Source of the DNA: Ignavibacteriales bacterium
GTDB lineage: Bacteria > Bacteroidota > Ignavibacteria > Ignavibacteriales > DAOSCP01
Length of the DNA stretch: 64,000 nucleotides
Direction of reading: 5' to 3'
Assembly: GCA_035361425.1 (NCBI GenBank)
Contig: DAOSCP010000001.1
Location: 275,412-339,411 of the forward strand
Shown: in pieces, positions 19,888 through 31,183 of the stretch
Layout: each line of letters opens with the position of its first letter
Position numbering within the stretch: position 1 is the first letter of the stretch
The notes under the pieces: model-generated
What the model was told of the DNA's origin: nothing
The model's database searches: none
What the model saw: only the letters and a program-made list of their open reading frames with translations
Position numbers and translations under genes: made by a program

Positions 19888-21366
19888 TTAGAATTTTTCT
19901 TTTTCTGCTTCAAGTTCATTTGCATCCAATCTTTTGACGTAAGTATATAATTTATCTCTTGAAATTTTCAACATATTGGCCGTTTTTAATTTATTATTGT
20001 TATTGTATTCTAGTGCTAAGTTAACTATTTCTAATATATATTTTTCAATATCCAATTCATTGCCACCTCTAATATACTCAGCAATAGGAATTTCAAGATA
20101 ATTTATATTTGTTTTTCTCTGTCTAAATTCTGGCAACACTTGTAGATGAATAGGTTTTAATTCTATATCATTAAAAAGCACAACTATTTTTTCAATGATA
20201 TTACGTAGTTCGCGAATATTACCGTCCCAAGAATGATTTAAGAAAATTGTTTGGGCTTCATTTGATATTCTTTTAAATCTCTTATTCCTTCTTTCAGAAA
20301 ATTCTAAAAGAAAAGATGTAGCAAGCGGAATAATTTCACTTTTTCTTTCTCTTAATGGCGGTATAACAATATGACCTGTAGTTAAACGATAATATAAATC
20401 TTCACGAAATTTACCTTCCTGCACTAATGCTTTTATATTTCTATTTGTCGTGCATATAATTCTTGCATTTAAATCATATTCTTTGATACCACCGACCTTA
20501 AAATATTTTCTTTCTTGTATAATGCGGAGTAATTTAGCCTGTATTTCATTAGGAATTTCAGAAATTTCATCTAATAGGATAGTGCCTCCAGCAGCAAGTT
20601 CAAATTTCCCTTTTTGTCCTTTAGCTAAAGCACCTGTAAAAGCACCACTTTCATAACCAAATAATTCACTTTCAAAAAGGTTTGGATTGATAGCCGGGCA
20701 GTTGATGGCAACAAATGGAGCGTTAGGTTCTTCATTGGCTAAATGTATATACCTTGCTAGCATTTCCTTTCCTGTACCAGTTTCACCTTCAAGCAAAATA
20801 GGTACAGTGCGGTCCTGTCCAATCATCTCCGCCATTGCATAAACAGATTTCATTGTATCTGAATATATTGCAAGATGACTTAATCCACTATTTTCCAGTA
20901 TTTTCTTTTTAAGTTCAGAAATCTGCGAAAAAAATGTTTCTTTTGTTTTTTCTAATTCTAATTGGAAATCGTGTTTAATTGAATCTAACTGAGATTTTAA
21001 CCTTTTAATATCTTCAATCTTACTGATTGCACTAACTAATTCATCTATTTCTATAGGTTTTGATATGTAATCAAACGCACCAAGTTTGAGTGCTTTAACT
21101 GCTTCTTTTATGGTAGCAAATCCTGTTACAAAAATAACTTCCGTATTTGTGATAAGATTTCTTCCATTTAATTCTTCTAAAAACTCAAGCCCGCTCATAT
21201 TTGGCATTTTTACATCAGAAATGATAATATCACATTTTTCCTTACTTAAATAATCAAGTGCAGCAATAGGATTTTCAAAAGTTATAATATCATGATTAAT
21301 TTTTTTCAAAAATCTTTCTAATGCTACTCTTGAACCTTTGTCATCTTCCAAAAGCAAAATTTTCAT
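19888..21366 (-). CDS. Sigma54-dependent response regulator (NtrC family)
   Basis: It has a receiver domain, GETGTGKE Walker A, the GAFTGA loop and a C-terminal HTH. Confidence 0.9.
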   Translation of the reverse strand: MKILLLEDDKGSRVALERFLKKINHDIITFENPIAALDYLSKEKCDIIISDVKMPNMSGLEFLEELNGRNLITNTEVIFVTGFATIKEAVKALKLGAFDYISKPIEIDELVSAISKIEDIKRLKSQLDSIKHDFQLELEKTKETFFSQISELKKKILENSGLSHLAIYSDTMKSVYAMAEMIGQDRTVPILLEGETGTGKEMLARYIHLANEEPNAPFVAINCPAINPNLFESELFGYESGAFTGALAKGQKGKFELAAGGTILLDEISEIPNEIQAKLLRIIQERKYFKVGGIKEYDLNARIICTTNRNIKALVQEGKFREDLYYRLTTGHIVIPPLRERKSEIIPLATSFLLEFSERRNKRFKRISNEAQTIFLNHSWDGNIRELRNIIEKIVVLFNDIELKPIHLQVLPEFRQRKTNINYLEIPIAEYIRGGNELDIEKYILEIVNLALEYNNNNKLKTANMLKISRDKLYTYVKRLDANELEAEKEKF

Positions 21367-22439
21367 AAATAACCTTGTAATTTCTTAAAAGAGATTTTTA
21401 TAACAGTATTATTATCGTTATATATATCCATTTTCGAACTGTATCTACCTAAAAGGTTTATTATAGCAGAAATTATTATCCCATAGTATAAATCTTTCCC
21501 TTCAATTTTTGAATTAAATATATTATTTGGATTAATTAATTTTTCTAACTTATAATTTACAATAATATTTAGTATTATATTTTCATCCTCTTCCTCAATA
21601 GAAATACCAATTTCTTTATGGGAAATATTTTGTGGTGAATAATTTAACAAATACAATATAATATTTGATATTACATATTCAATATAAAATTGTGGAAATG
21701 ACACATAAACTGTACTATCAATATTTGTCTTTAATTTAAAATTTTCCTCAGTTAAATAACTATTAATCAAATCTAATGAAGTAAATATAGAATGCGTTAA
21801 ATTTACAATTCCAACTTCATTTTGTGGCTCAGCATTTTCAAGAAATCTCAATCGATTTATAATATCTTCTATTCTATTTAACTGTGAAGAAATAAACTCA
21901 TAATCTTGCAACAAATCTTCTTTCTTTACTACTTCATTTTCAAATTTCAAATTTGTGTCAACTAAGATTTTAATAGCATTTAAAGGTTGTGAAATTTGAT
22001 GTGTTAAATTACTCATCATACCCGAAATAAGCAATAATTTTTCAAATTGACTTAGAAATATTTTATGATTTTCAAAAACTTCTTTTCTCTCTTCTAATTT
22101 TATATTTGTAATATCAATTATTCCGCCAATGATATATTTCTCACTATTATTATAAAAAAAAGATTTAATAATCATTAACTCTTTATTTAGTGTTTTACAA
22201 TAAAATTCAAATATTTTTTCTTTAAAACCATTTTCAATAAATTCATCAGTAAGCAGGAAATCTGAATAATCATTTACAAAAACATCTTTAATGTTTTTGC
22301 CAAGTATTTCTTCTTTTGATACATTTAGTAATTTCAAAAAAGCATCATTAATATACACATATTTACCGTATGCATCTCTTACAAAAATTGGTATATTAAT
22401 CGACTTGAAAATATTTTCTGTAGGTATAAAATTTAACAT
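21363..22439 (-). CDS. PAS-domain sensor histidine kinase-like protein with a degenerate ATP-binding domain
   Basis: It has an N-terminal PAS-like segment and the H-box LTHQISQPLNAIK. I could not find G1 (DxGxG) or G2 (GxGxG) boxes in the C-terminal domain. Its stop overlaps the regulator start by 4 nt. Confidence 0.7.
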   Translation of the reverse strand: MLNFIPTENIFKSINIPIFVRDAYGKYVYINDAFLKLLNVSKEEILGKNIKDVFVNDYSDFLLTDEFIENGFKEKIFEFYCKTLNKELMIIKSFFYNNSEKYIIGGIIDITNIKLEERKEVFENHKIFLSQFEKLLLISGMMSNLTHQISQPLNAIKILVDTNLKFENEVVKKEDLLQDYEFISSQLNRIEDIINRLRFLENAEPQNEVGIVNLTHSIFTSLDLINSYLTEENFKLKTNIDSTVYVSFPQFYIEYVISNIILYLLNYSPQNISHKEIGISIEEEDENIILNIIVNYKLEKLINPNNIFNSKIEGKDLYYGIIISAIINLLGRYSSKMDIYNDNNTVIKISFKKLQGYL

Positions 22440-22499
22440 TGTTAATTTTGATTATTTTTTTTATCATTAAATTTTAAAAATAAAAAAAATAGGTCAGTA

Positions 22500-23735
22500 A
22501 TGCAACCCTTTACTACAAACAAGCAAAATACTTCTTCTGAAGCACAAAATTATACATTATATTTAATAATATTAACTGCACTATTTTTTATTTGGGGATT
22601 TATTACTTGTTTAAATGATATTTTAATACCACATTTAAAGTCTGCTTTTAGCTTAAATTACACAAAAGCAATGCTAATACAATTTAGCTTTTTTACTGCA
22701 TATTTTATAGTATCTTTGCCTGCAGGAATTTTGTTAGAAAAAATTGGATACCAAAAGGGAATAGTGTTAGGCTTAACTACTGCTGCTATTGGAAGTGCTC
22801 TTTTTATACCAGCCGCCAATTTAATAAGTTATGAATTTTTTCTTGTTGCACTTTTTATTTTGGCAAGCGGAATAACTGTTTTACAAGTTGCAGCAAACCC
22901 TTATGTAGTTGTATTAGGAAAACCTGAAACTTCTTCAGCAAGGCTTAATCTTACACAAGCGTTTAATTCATTGGGAACTACAGTAGCACCTTTTATTGGT
23001 AGTTATTTAATTTTATCAGTTACTACAAATTCTAATTCTTCTACAGAATCTGTAAAACTACCTTATTTAGGTATAGCTTTAATTTTATTATTCTTAGCTA
23101 TATTTTTTTCAGTTGTCAAGCTACCTAAAATAAATCACACAACAGACGAAGAAGCTGAAATAATTAGCGAAACCAAGCATAAATCTATTTTTGAATACAA
23201 ACACTTAATATTCGGTGTTGTTGGCATTTTTTTATATGTTGGAGCAGAGGTATCAATTGGTAGTTTTCTTGTAAATTATTTTAAAGAATTAGTAAATATG
23301 GAAGAGCAAAATGCCGCAAAATTAATCGCCTTCTACTGGGGAGGTGCCATGGTAGGAAGATTTATAGGTTCATTTCTACAAAATTATATTAAACCAAATT
23401 TATTATTAGCAATAAATTCACTTTTTGCAGCGAGCCTTGTAATTCTTTCCATGATTGGCAGTGGCTATTTTTCAGTTATAACAATATTAGCAGTTGGATT
23501 TTTTAATTCCATTATGTTTCCAACCATTTTTTCATTATCATTAAATAAACTTGGAAGATTTACCGAAAAAGGTTCTGGCCTATTATGTATGGCAATTGTT
23601 GGCGGTGCAATTTTACCTGTTATACAGGGTATGTTTGCAGATAAAATAGGAATACATCATGCATTTATTATACCTGTTTTATGCTATCTATATATTTCTT
23701 TCTTTGGATTTAAGGGATATAAACCAAGCATATAG
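22500..23735 (+). CDS. Sugar MFS transporter (glucose/galactose-fucose permease family)
   Basis: 411 aa with about 12 TM segments. The N-terminal region FFIWGFITCLNDILIPHLK is typical of the FucP/GluP family. Confidence 0.75.
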   Translation: MQPFTTNKQNTSSEAQNYTLYLIILTALFFIWGFITCLNDILIPHLKSAFSLNYTKAMLIQFSFFTAYFIVSLPAGILLEKIGYQKGIVLGLTTAAIGSALFIPAANLISYEFFLVALFILASGITVLQVAANPYVVVLGKPETSSARLNLTQAFNSLGTTVAPFIGSYLILSVTTNSNSSTESVKLPYLGIALILLFLAIFFSVVKLPKINHTTDEEAEIISETKHKSIFEYKHLIFGVVGIFLYVGAEVSIGSFLVNYFKELVNMEEQNAAKLIAFYWGGAMVGRFIGSFLQNYIKPNLLLAINSLFAASLVILSMIGSGYFSVITILAVGFFNSIMFPTIFSLSLNKLGRFTEKGSGLLCMAIVGGAILPVIQGMFADKIGIHHAFIIPVLCYLYISFFGFKGYKPSI

Positions 23736-24157
23736 TAACTTATAGGTAATATTGATAAATTTTTTTTCAAATTAAATTATAGGGAAATGATAATATAACC
23801 AAAACTTATACATTCAAAATCCTTTTTCTACGAAATCATAAACGGCAAATATGTGATATTGTTTTTTATATAATATATTGTTATCAAAACTTTTTTCACA
23901 GTAGAATACTGATTTTACCGTATAGAAATTCTAATTAACTTTATTTTTTAACGATATTTCTACGGCTCAACCGTATAAAACTCACACGAAACAGTTGATA
24001 TATCTTTTTAATATTTTAATTTACAAATAATATAAATTGCTATTAATAATTTTCAAAAATAGAAATAATTGTGAGTTTAAAAAAAATTAATTTTATTTTT
24101 TTTTTGAAAAATATTTATTAATTTGAGTTCAAACATTAACCAATATTAGGTAAAATT

Positions 24158-24448
24158 ATGGCAAAAGTAAAAGGAGATATCATTATTGATATCGAAAAAT
24201 GCAAAGGTTGCAAACTATGTGCCAGTGCATGCCCGCAGGTTACTCTTGAACTTTCCAAAAAAGTTAATAGCAAGGGCTATTTGTACATTGTAAAAGTTAA
24301 CGATAAGTGCACTGGATGTACCAATTGTGCTTTAGTCTGTCCAGAAGGTATTATAACTGTTTATCGCAAAACATTAGATGGCAACAAAGAACATGTAGCA
24401 ACTATAACAAATGTATCCAAAGATATAAATATTACGGTGAAAGAATGA
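24158..24448 (+). CDS. 2x[4Fe-4S] ferredoxin-type delta subunit of 2-oxoacid:ferredoxin oxidoreductase
   Basis: It has two CxxCxxCxxxCP motifs, CKGCKLCASACP and CTGCTNCALVCP. It is the first gene of the oxidoreductase operon. Confidence 0.85.
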   Translation: MAKVKGDIIIDIEKCKGCKLCASACPQVTLELSKKVNSKGYLYIVKVNDKCTGCTNCALVCPEGIITVYRKTLDGNKEHVATITNVSKDINITVKE

Positions 24449-25512
24449 AAGAGTTAAAACTAATGAAAGGCAATGAAGCTATTGCCGAGGCTGCAATTCG
24501 TGCTGGGTGTGATGCCTATTTTGGCTATCCTATTACACCACAATCAGAAATTTTAGAATATCTGGCTGCTAATGCTCAAAAAAGAACAGGAATGGTTGTT
24601 CTACAAGCTGAAAGTGAAATTGCATCTATCAACATGGTTTATGGTGCTGCAGGTTGCGGAAAACGAGTAATGACTTCATCATCATCCCCTGGTATTAGTT
24701 TGATGCAAGAAGGAATTTCTTACATCGCATGTGCTGAGTTACCTTGCTTGCTAGTAAATGTTATGAGAGGTGGACCAGGCTTAGGAACTATTCAACCATC
24801 GCAAGGTGATTATTTCCAAACTGTAAAAGGCGGTGGTCACGGCGATTATCGACTTATTACTCTTGCTCCTTCCACTATACAAGAAGCAGTTGATTTTACC
24901 AAATTAGCTTTTGATTTAGCTTTCAAATGGCGTAATCCGGTTATGTTACTTCTTGATGGCGCAATTGGGCAGATGATGGAAAAAGTTGAATTGTTCTCTC
25001 AACAAGAAAGATTAAAAGAAGCACCAGATTGGGCTACAGTTGGTAAGCCAAAAAATCGAGAAAGAAATATTATTACATCTCTCCATATGCAACCAGAAGA
25101 TATGGAAAAAACAAATCAACATCTACAAGCAAAATATAGAAAAATCGAAGAAGAAGAAACTAGATTTGAATGCTACAAATGTGATGATGCTGACTATATT
25201 TTTACTGGTTTCGGTCTTGTGGCAAGAATTGCAAAAAAAGCAGCAGATATAGCCAGAACAAAAGGTTATAAAATTGGCGTTTTTAGACCAATAACTTTAT
25301 TCCCATTTCCTTATTCAGAAATTAATAACTTATCTAAAAAAGTAAAAGCAATTTTGGATGTTGAAATGAATACTGGTCAGATGCTTGAAGATGTAAAATT
25401 AGCTGTTAATGGTAATATTCCTGTTGAGTTCCATGGTAGAACAGGCGGTATGATACCAACTCCAGAAGAAATTGTTGCAGTTTTCGAAGAAAAAATTATT
25501 AAAAGGAAATAA
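24445..25512 (+). CDS. 2-oxoacid:ferredoxin oxidoreductase alpha subunit
   Basis: The real start is the ATG at 24445 (MKELKLMKGNEAIAEAAIRAGC), which overlaps the upstream TGA as ATGA. The track start at 24307 only adds an out-of-frame overlap with the ferredoxin gene. Confidence 0.85.
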   Translation: MKELKLMKGNEAIAEAAIRAGCDAYFGYPITPQSEILEYLAANAQKRTGMVVLQAESEIASINMVYGAAGCGKRVMTSSSSPGISLMQEGISYIACAELPCLLVNVMRGGPGLGTIQPSQGDYFQTVKGGGHGDYRLITLAPSTIQEAVDFTKLAFDLAFKWRNPVMLLLDGAIGQMMEKVELFSQQERLKEAPDWATVGKPKNRERNIITSLHMQPEDMEKTNQHLQAKYRKIEEEETRFECYKCDDADYIFTGFGLVARIAKKAADIARTKGYKIGVFRPITLFPFPYSEINNLSKKVKAILDVEMNTGQMLEDVKLAVNGNIPVEFHGRTGGMIPTPEEIVAVFEEKIIKRK

Positions 25513-25514
25513 CT

Positions 25515-26351
25515 ATGGGAAATGAACGATTACTACTCCAAGAAGATATACATCATATGTATGATCATCTTCATCCGGAAGATGAAATTTGTGTTAAAGA
25601 AAATATCGTCTACCAAAAACCATCTACATTATTAGATACTCCATTTCATTACTGCCCGGGTTGCGGACACAGTACTGTACATAAGCTAATAGCTGAAGTA
25701 ATCGATGAAATGGGCATTCAAGAACAAACTATTGGAGTTGCTCCAGTTGGCTGCGCAGTTTTTGCTTATAATTATATTAATATTGATTGGCAAGAGGCAG
25801 CTCACGGACGCGCTAGTGCTGTTGCAACGGGGATTAAACGTGTTTTACCTGATAAATTTGTATTTTCATATCAAGGAGATGGCGACTTAGCTGCTATTGG
25901 AACAGGCGAGACAATACATACTTGCAACAGAGGCGAAAATATAACTATTATTTTTATCAATAACGGAATTTACGGAATGACAGGCGGACAAATGGCGCCT
26001 ACTACTCTTGAAGGTATGAAATCTACTACTTCTCCCAACGGAAGAGATGTTCACTGGGCCGGTTATCCTTTAAAAATTTCTGAACTTCTTGCGCAACTAC
26101 CAGGAACTTATTACGTTACTAGACAAGCTGTATTTTCTCCTAATCATGTTCGTAAAGCAAAAAAAGCTATACGAAATGCTTTTGAATATCAAAAACTTAA
26201 CAAAGGTACTTGCCTTGTTGAAATTGTTTCTAATTGTCCTTCGAACTGGAAAATGACCCCAACAGAATCGAACATGTGGTTACAAGATAATATGATTAAA
26301 TATTTTCAACTTGGCGATATTAAGCTACCTAAAAAAGAGGAGGCAAAATAA
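25515..26351 (+). CDS. 2-oxoacid:ferredoxin oxidoreductase beta subunit (TPP-binding)
   Basis: It has the YQGDGDLAAIG TPP motif and an N-terminal CPGCGH. Confidence 0.85.
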   Translation: MGNERLLLQEDIHHMYDHLHPEDEICVKENIVYQKPSTLLDTPFHYCPGCGHSTVHKLIAEVIDEMGIQEQTIGVAPVGCAVFAYNYINIDWQEAAHGRASAVATGIKRVLPDKFVFSYQGDGDLAAIGTGETIHTCNRGENITIIFINNGIYGMTGGQMAPTTLEGMKSTTSPNGRDVHWAGYPLKISELLAQLPGTYYVTRQAVFSPNHVRKAKKAIRNAFEYQKLNKGTCLVEIVSNCPSNWKMTPTESNMWLQDNMIKYFQLGDIKLPKKEEAK

Positions 26352-26905
26352 TGTGTGAGGAAATTATTATTGCTGGTTTTGGAGGACAAGGAGTTCTTTC
26401 TCTTGGGCAAATATTATGCTATTCCGGCGTTGAAGAAGGAAAAGAAGTAAGCTGGATGCCATCTTATGGACCTGAGATGAGAGGCGGTACAGCAAACTGT
26501 ATTGTAATTCTTAGCGATGATGAAATCAGTTCTCCTATTGTTTCTAAATTCGATACTGTAATTGCACTTAATCAACCCAGTTTAGATAAATTTGAAAAAG
26601 CTGTAAAACCCGGTGGATTGCTTTTATACGATTCTACTAATATAGTTCAGCCACCTACAAGAGATGATATTAAAGTTGTTGGCATAGAAGCATCTCAAAC
26701 AGCTGCTGAAATGAAAAATACTAAAATTTTGAATATGATTGTTCTTGGTGCATTTATTCAGTTAAAACCAATTATAAAAGTTGAAAATATAATTAATGGT
26801 CTTAAAAAAGTTCTACCTGAAAGATATCACCATCTAATACCTTTAAACGAAGAAGCTATTAAAAAAGGTATTGAATTAGCTAAAGAGCAAACTGTTACAG
26901 CATAA
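26351..26905 (+). CDS. 2-oxoacid:ferredoxin oxidoreductase gamma subunit
   Basis: It has the IIIAGFGGQGVL motif. It is coupled to the beta subunit by a 1-nt stop/start overlap. Confidence 0.85.
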   Translation: MCEEIIIAGFGGQGVLSLGQILCYSGVEEGKEVSWMPSYGPEMRGGTANCIVILSDDEISSPIVSKFDTVIALNQPSLDKFEKAVKPGGLLLYDSTNIVQPPTRDDIKVVGIEASQTAAEMKNTKILNMIVLGAFIQLKPIIKVENIINGLKKVLPERYHHLIPLNEEAIKKGIELAKEQTVTA

Positions 26906-26913
26906 CCTATAAC

Positions 26914-26947
26914 AAAAAAGCAAGCTAAAAAAACAGCTTGCTTTTTT
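26914..26947. terminator. Bidirectional intrinsic terminator
   Basis: It reads AAAAAAGCAAGCT-aaaaaaac-AGCTTGCTTTTTT, between convergent genes. Confidence 0.75.
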
Positions 26948-26986
26948 ATTTATAGAATTTTAAAAATCATTTTACCAAAAACAAAT

Positions 26987-28864
26987 TTAATTGTTATTAT
27001 ATTTTCTTCCCTTTAATCTATCAGATACATAATCAAAATTTGGTAAATTTAAATAATACATTTTCATCAATCCTTTACCTTTAACTTCAATTTCTCCTCG
27101 TTCAATAAAATTGTATTTATTTTCGAGTTCTTTTTTTACACACTCACTTACATTTATCTTAAAAGGTTCACTTGCACGTTCTAATCTTGAAGCAATATTT
27201 ACTGTATCGCCCCATATATCGTAAGAAAGTTGAGATATTCCTATAATTCCTGCTGTTACATCACCATAATGTAAACCCACTCTTACCTCACACTGAAATT
27301 TATGTTTTCTGTTTCTTTCAATTAAGTATTCAAAAATTTCCTTTGCTATACAAACTAAATTTTCTAAATTATTATCAAAATATTCTGGTAATCCACTTGC
27401 TATTAAATACGCATCTCCTACAGTTTTAATTTTTGTCCCTTTGTATTTTTCTATAATTCTATCAAATTCGTAATAAATTTCCGAAAGCTCATTTACTATA
27501 TAATCAGGTGAATAGATACTACTATATTTAGTAAAATCTACAATATCTAAAAACATAACACTCACGTTTTTAAATAATTGTGGTTCGATTTTGTTTTTCT
27601 TTCTTAATTCATTTGCAACAGGTATTGGGAATACACTATTAAGCAATAAATCGGATTTTTCTTTTTCTTTTTGAATAATTTTATTCTTAACCTCAAGAGC
27701 ATTAGCATATTCTTCAATCTCTTCATTTTTCTTAAGAATTTCTTCTTTTTGCATAATTAATATTTCATTCTGCTTATTGATAATTCGATTCTTTCGATAA
27801 ACAAAAGCAATCAAAAATCCCAGTAAAGCAAGTATTATAGATAAAGAAATTCTAATATTTCTTTCTCTTTCAATTTCCAATTGTTCAATTTTTCTTTGCT
27901 TAGCTATCTCATATTTTTCATTAATATCAAAAACACTTGCAAGACTATATTTTGCATCAAGTGAGTCTACAGCATCATTGTAAATCTTAAAATAAAAAAG
28001 TGCACTATTAAAATCTTTATTTCTTTCGTAAATTTCACTAATTTTTTTTGCTACTTCAGCAAGGTTATCCCAATATTTTATTTTTTGTGCAATAAATAAA
28101 GCATCTTTATAATTAGCTAATGCCTCCTGATTTTTCCCATTTTTTACATAATAATCGCCATTTAATATCTTTAAAGCTGCTAAATATCCATAATTATCTG
28201 TATTGTATGCATAATCGTTTGCTAATTTTAAATAATATCTTGCAGAATCTAAAATATTTTCTTTCAAGTATATTTTAACATAATTAGAATATACTTTACT
28301 AATACCAACACTATCTTTTTCTTCAAATCTTAGCTTTAATAATAACGAGTTATATTTTTTTGCTTCATCTAATTTATATTTTTCAACAAGGGTTAAAACA
28401 ATGCTATGGTATGCAAAACCCATACCTGTTTTATGATTAATTTTATGAAATATATTCAATGCTTTCAAGCAATTGTAATATGACTCATCATATTGATATA
28501 GATAGTACAAATTAGCACCTAGATTATTATAAGCAAACCCTAATTCAATAGTGTCATTATATTTTTCTGCATATTCCTTTGCAAGCAAAAAATATTTCTG
28601 TGCTGCAGGATATTGAACAATTCCTCGATAAACAACACCTATTAAATTATATAATTTAGGTAATCGTTCAAATTGTGATTTATTATTTATTATCTCGAGT
28701 GCTTTATAACCATATTGAAGTGCTAATTTAGGATTTGTTGCTCTATACTTCCAGCAAAGATTTGATAATGCTACAATTGTATCATTTACAATATTAGCTG
28801 ATGAAATACCAGTTGCAAACAAATAATTAAATAGCAATAAATATAAATAAATTTTTTTGAACAT
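26987..28864 (-). CDS. TPR-repeat, membrane-anchored class III adenylate/guanylate cyclase
   Basis: It has a signal/TM segment, multiple TPR-like repeats, one internal TM and a coiled coil. The cyclase domain motifs are MFLDIVDFT, GDAYLIASG and WGDTVNIASRLE. Confidence 0.85.
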   Translation of the reverse strand: MFKKIYLYLLLFNYLFATGISSANIVNDTIVALSNLCWKYRATNPKLALQYGYKALEIINNKSQFERLPKLYNLIGVVYRGIVQYPAAQKYFLLAKEYAEKYNDTIELGFAYNNLGANLYYLYQYDESYYNCLKALNIFHKINHKTGMGFAYHSIVLTLVEKYKLDEAKKYNSLLLKLRFEEKDSVGISKVYSNYVKIYLKENILDSARYYLKLANDYAYNTDNYGYLAALKILNGDYYVKNGKNQEALANYKDALFIAQKIKYWDNLAEVAKKISEIYERNKDFNSALFYFKIYNDAVDSLDAKYSLASVFDINEKYEIAKQRKIEQLEIERERNIRISLSIILALLGFLIAFVYRKNRIINKQNEILIMQKEEILKKNEEIEEYANALEVKNKIIQKEKEKSDLLLNSVFPIPVANELRKKNKIEPQLFKNVSVMFLDIVDFTKYSSIYSPDYIVNELSEIYYEFDRIIEKYKGTKIKTVGDAYLIASGLPEYFDNNLENLVCIAKEIFEYLIERNRKHKFQCEVRVGLHYGDVTAGIIGISQLSYDIWGDTVNIASRLERASEPFKINVSECVKKELENKYNFIERGEIEVKGKGLMKMYYLNLPNFDYVSDRLKGRKYNNN

Positions 28865-29064
28865 ATAGAATTGTAATAGTTAAAGTCAAATATATAAAAT
28901 TTATGATTATATAAAAAATTAAATTTTTACAATATTAGATGATAAAACTCACTAACTAAAATGATATTTAATTATTGAATTGGAATTTATAGCGGTTAAA
29001 TATTTATAATATTGTCACAAACCATATATTATACTATAAAATATTTGTAGTTGTTATATAAAAA

Positions 29065-31054
<1,990 letters not shown>

Positions 31055-31183
31055 CTACCTTATATTTGTTATTTCATTATACAAATTTATGAAAACTTTA
31101 TGAAATTTACATATTTTTGTATTATCGATTTTATTACTTAATAAAGAAGTTACCCAAAAGCTTATAATAACTTAATTTAGTAT

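Noticed and set aside
24307-24444. The 46-codon N-terminal extension of the oxidoreductase alpha subunit given by the ORF track
   Set aside because: The extension overlaps the ferredoxin gene in another frame and gives a nonsense-looking Cys/Arg/Tyr-rich peptide. The ATG at 24445, with its ATGA overlap, yields the conserved MKELKLMKGNEAIAEAA N-terminus.
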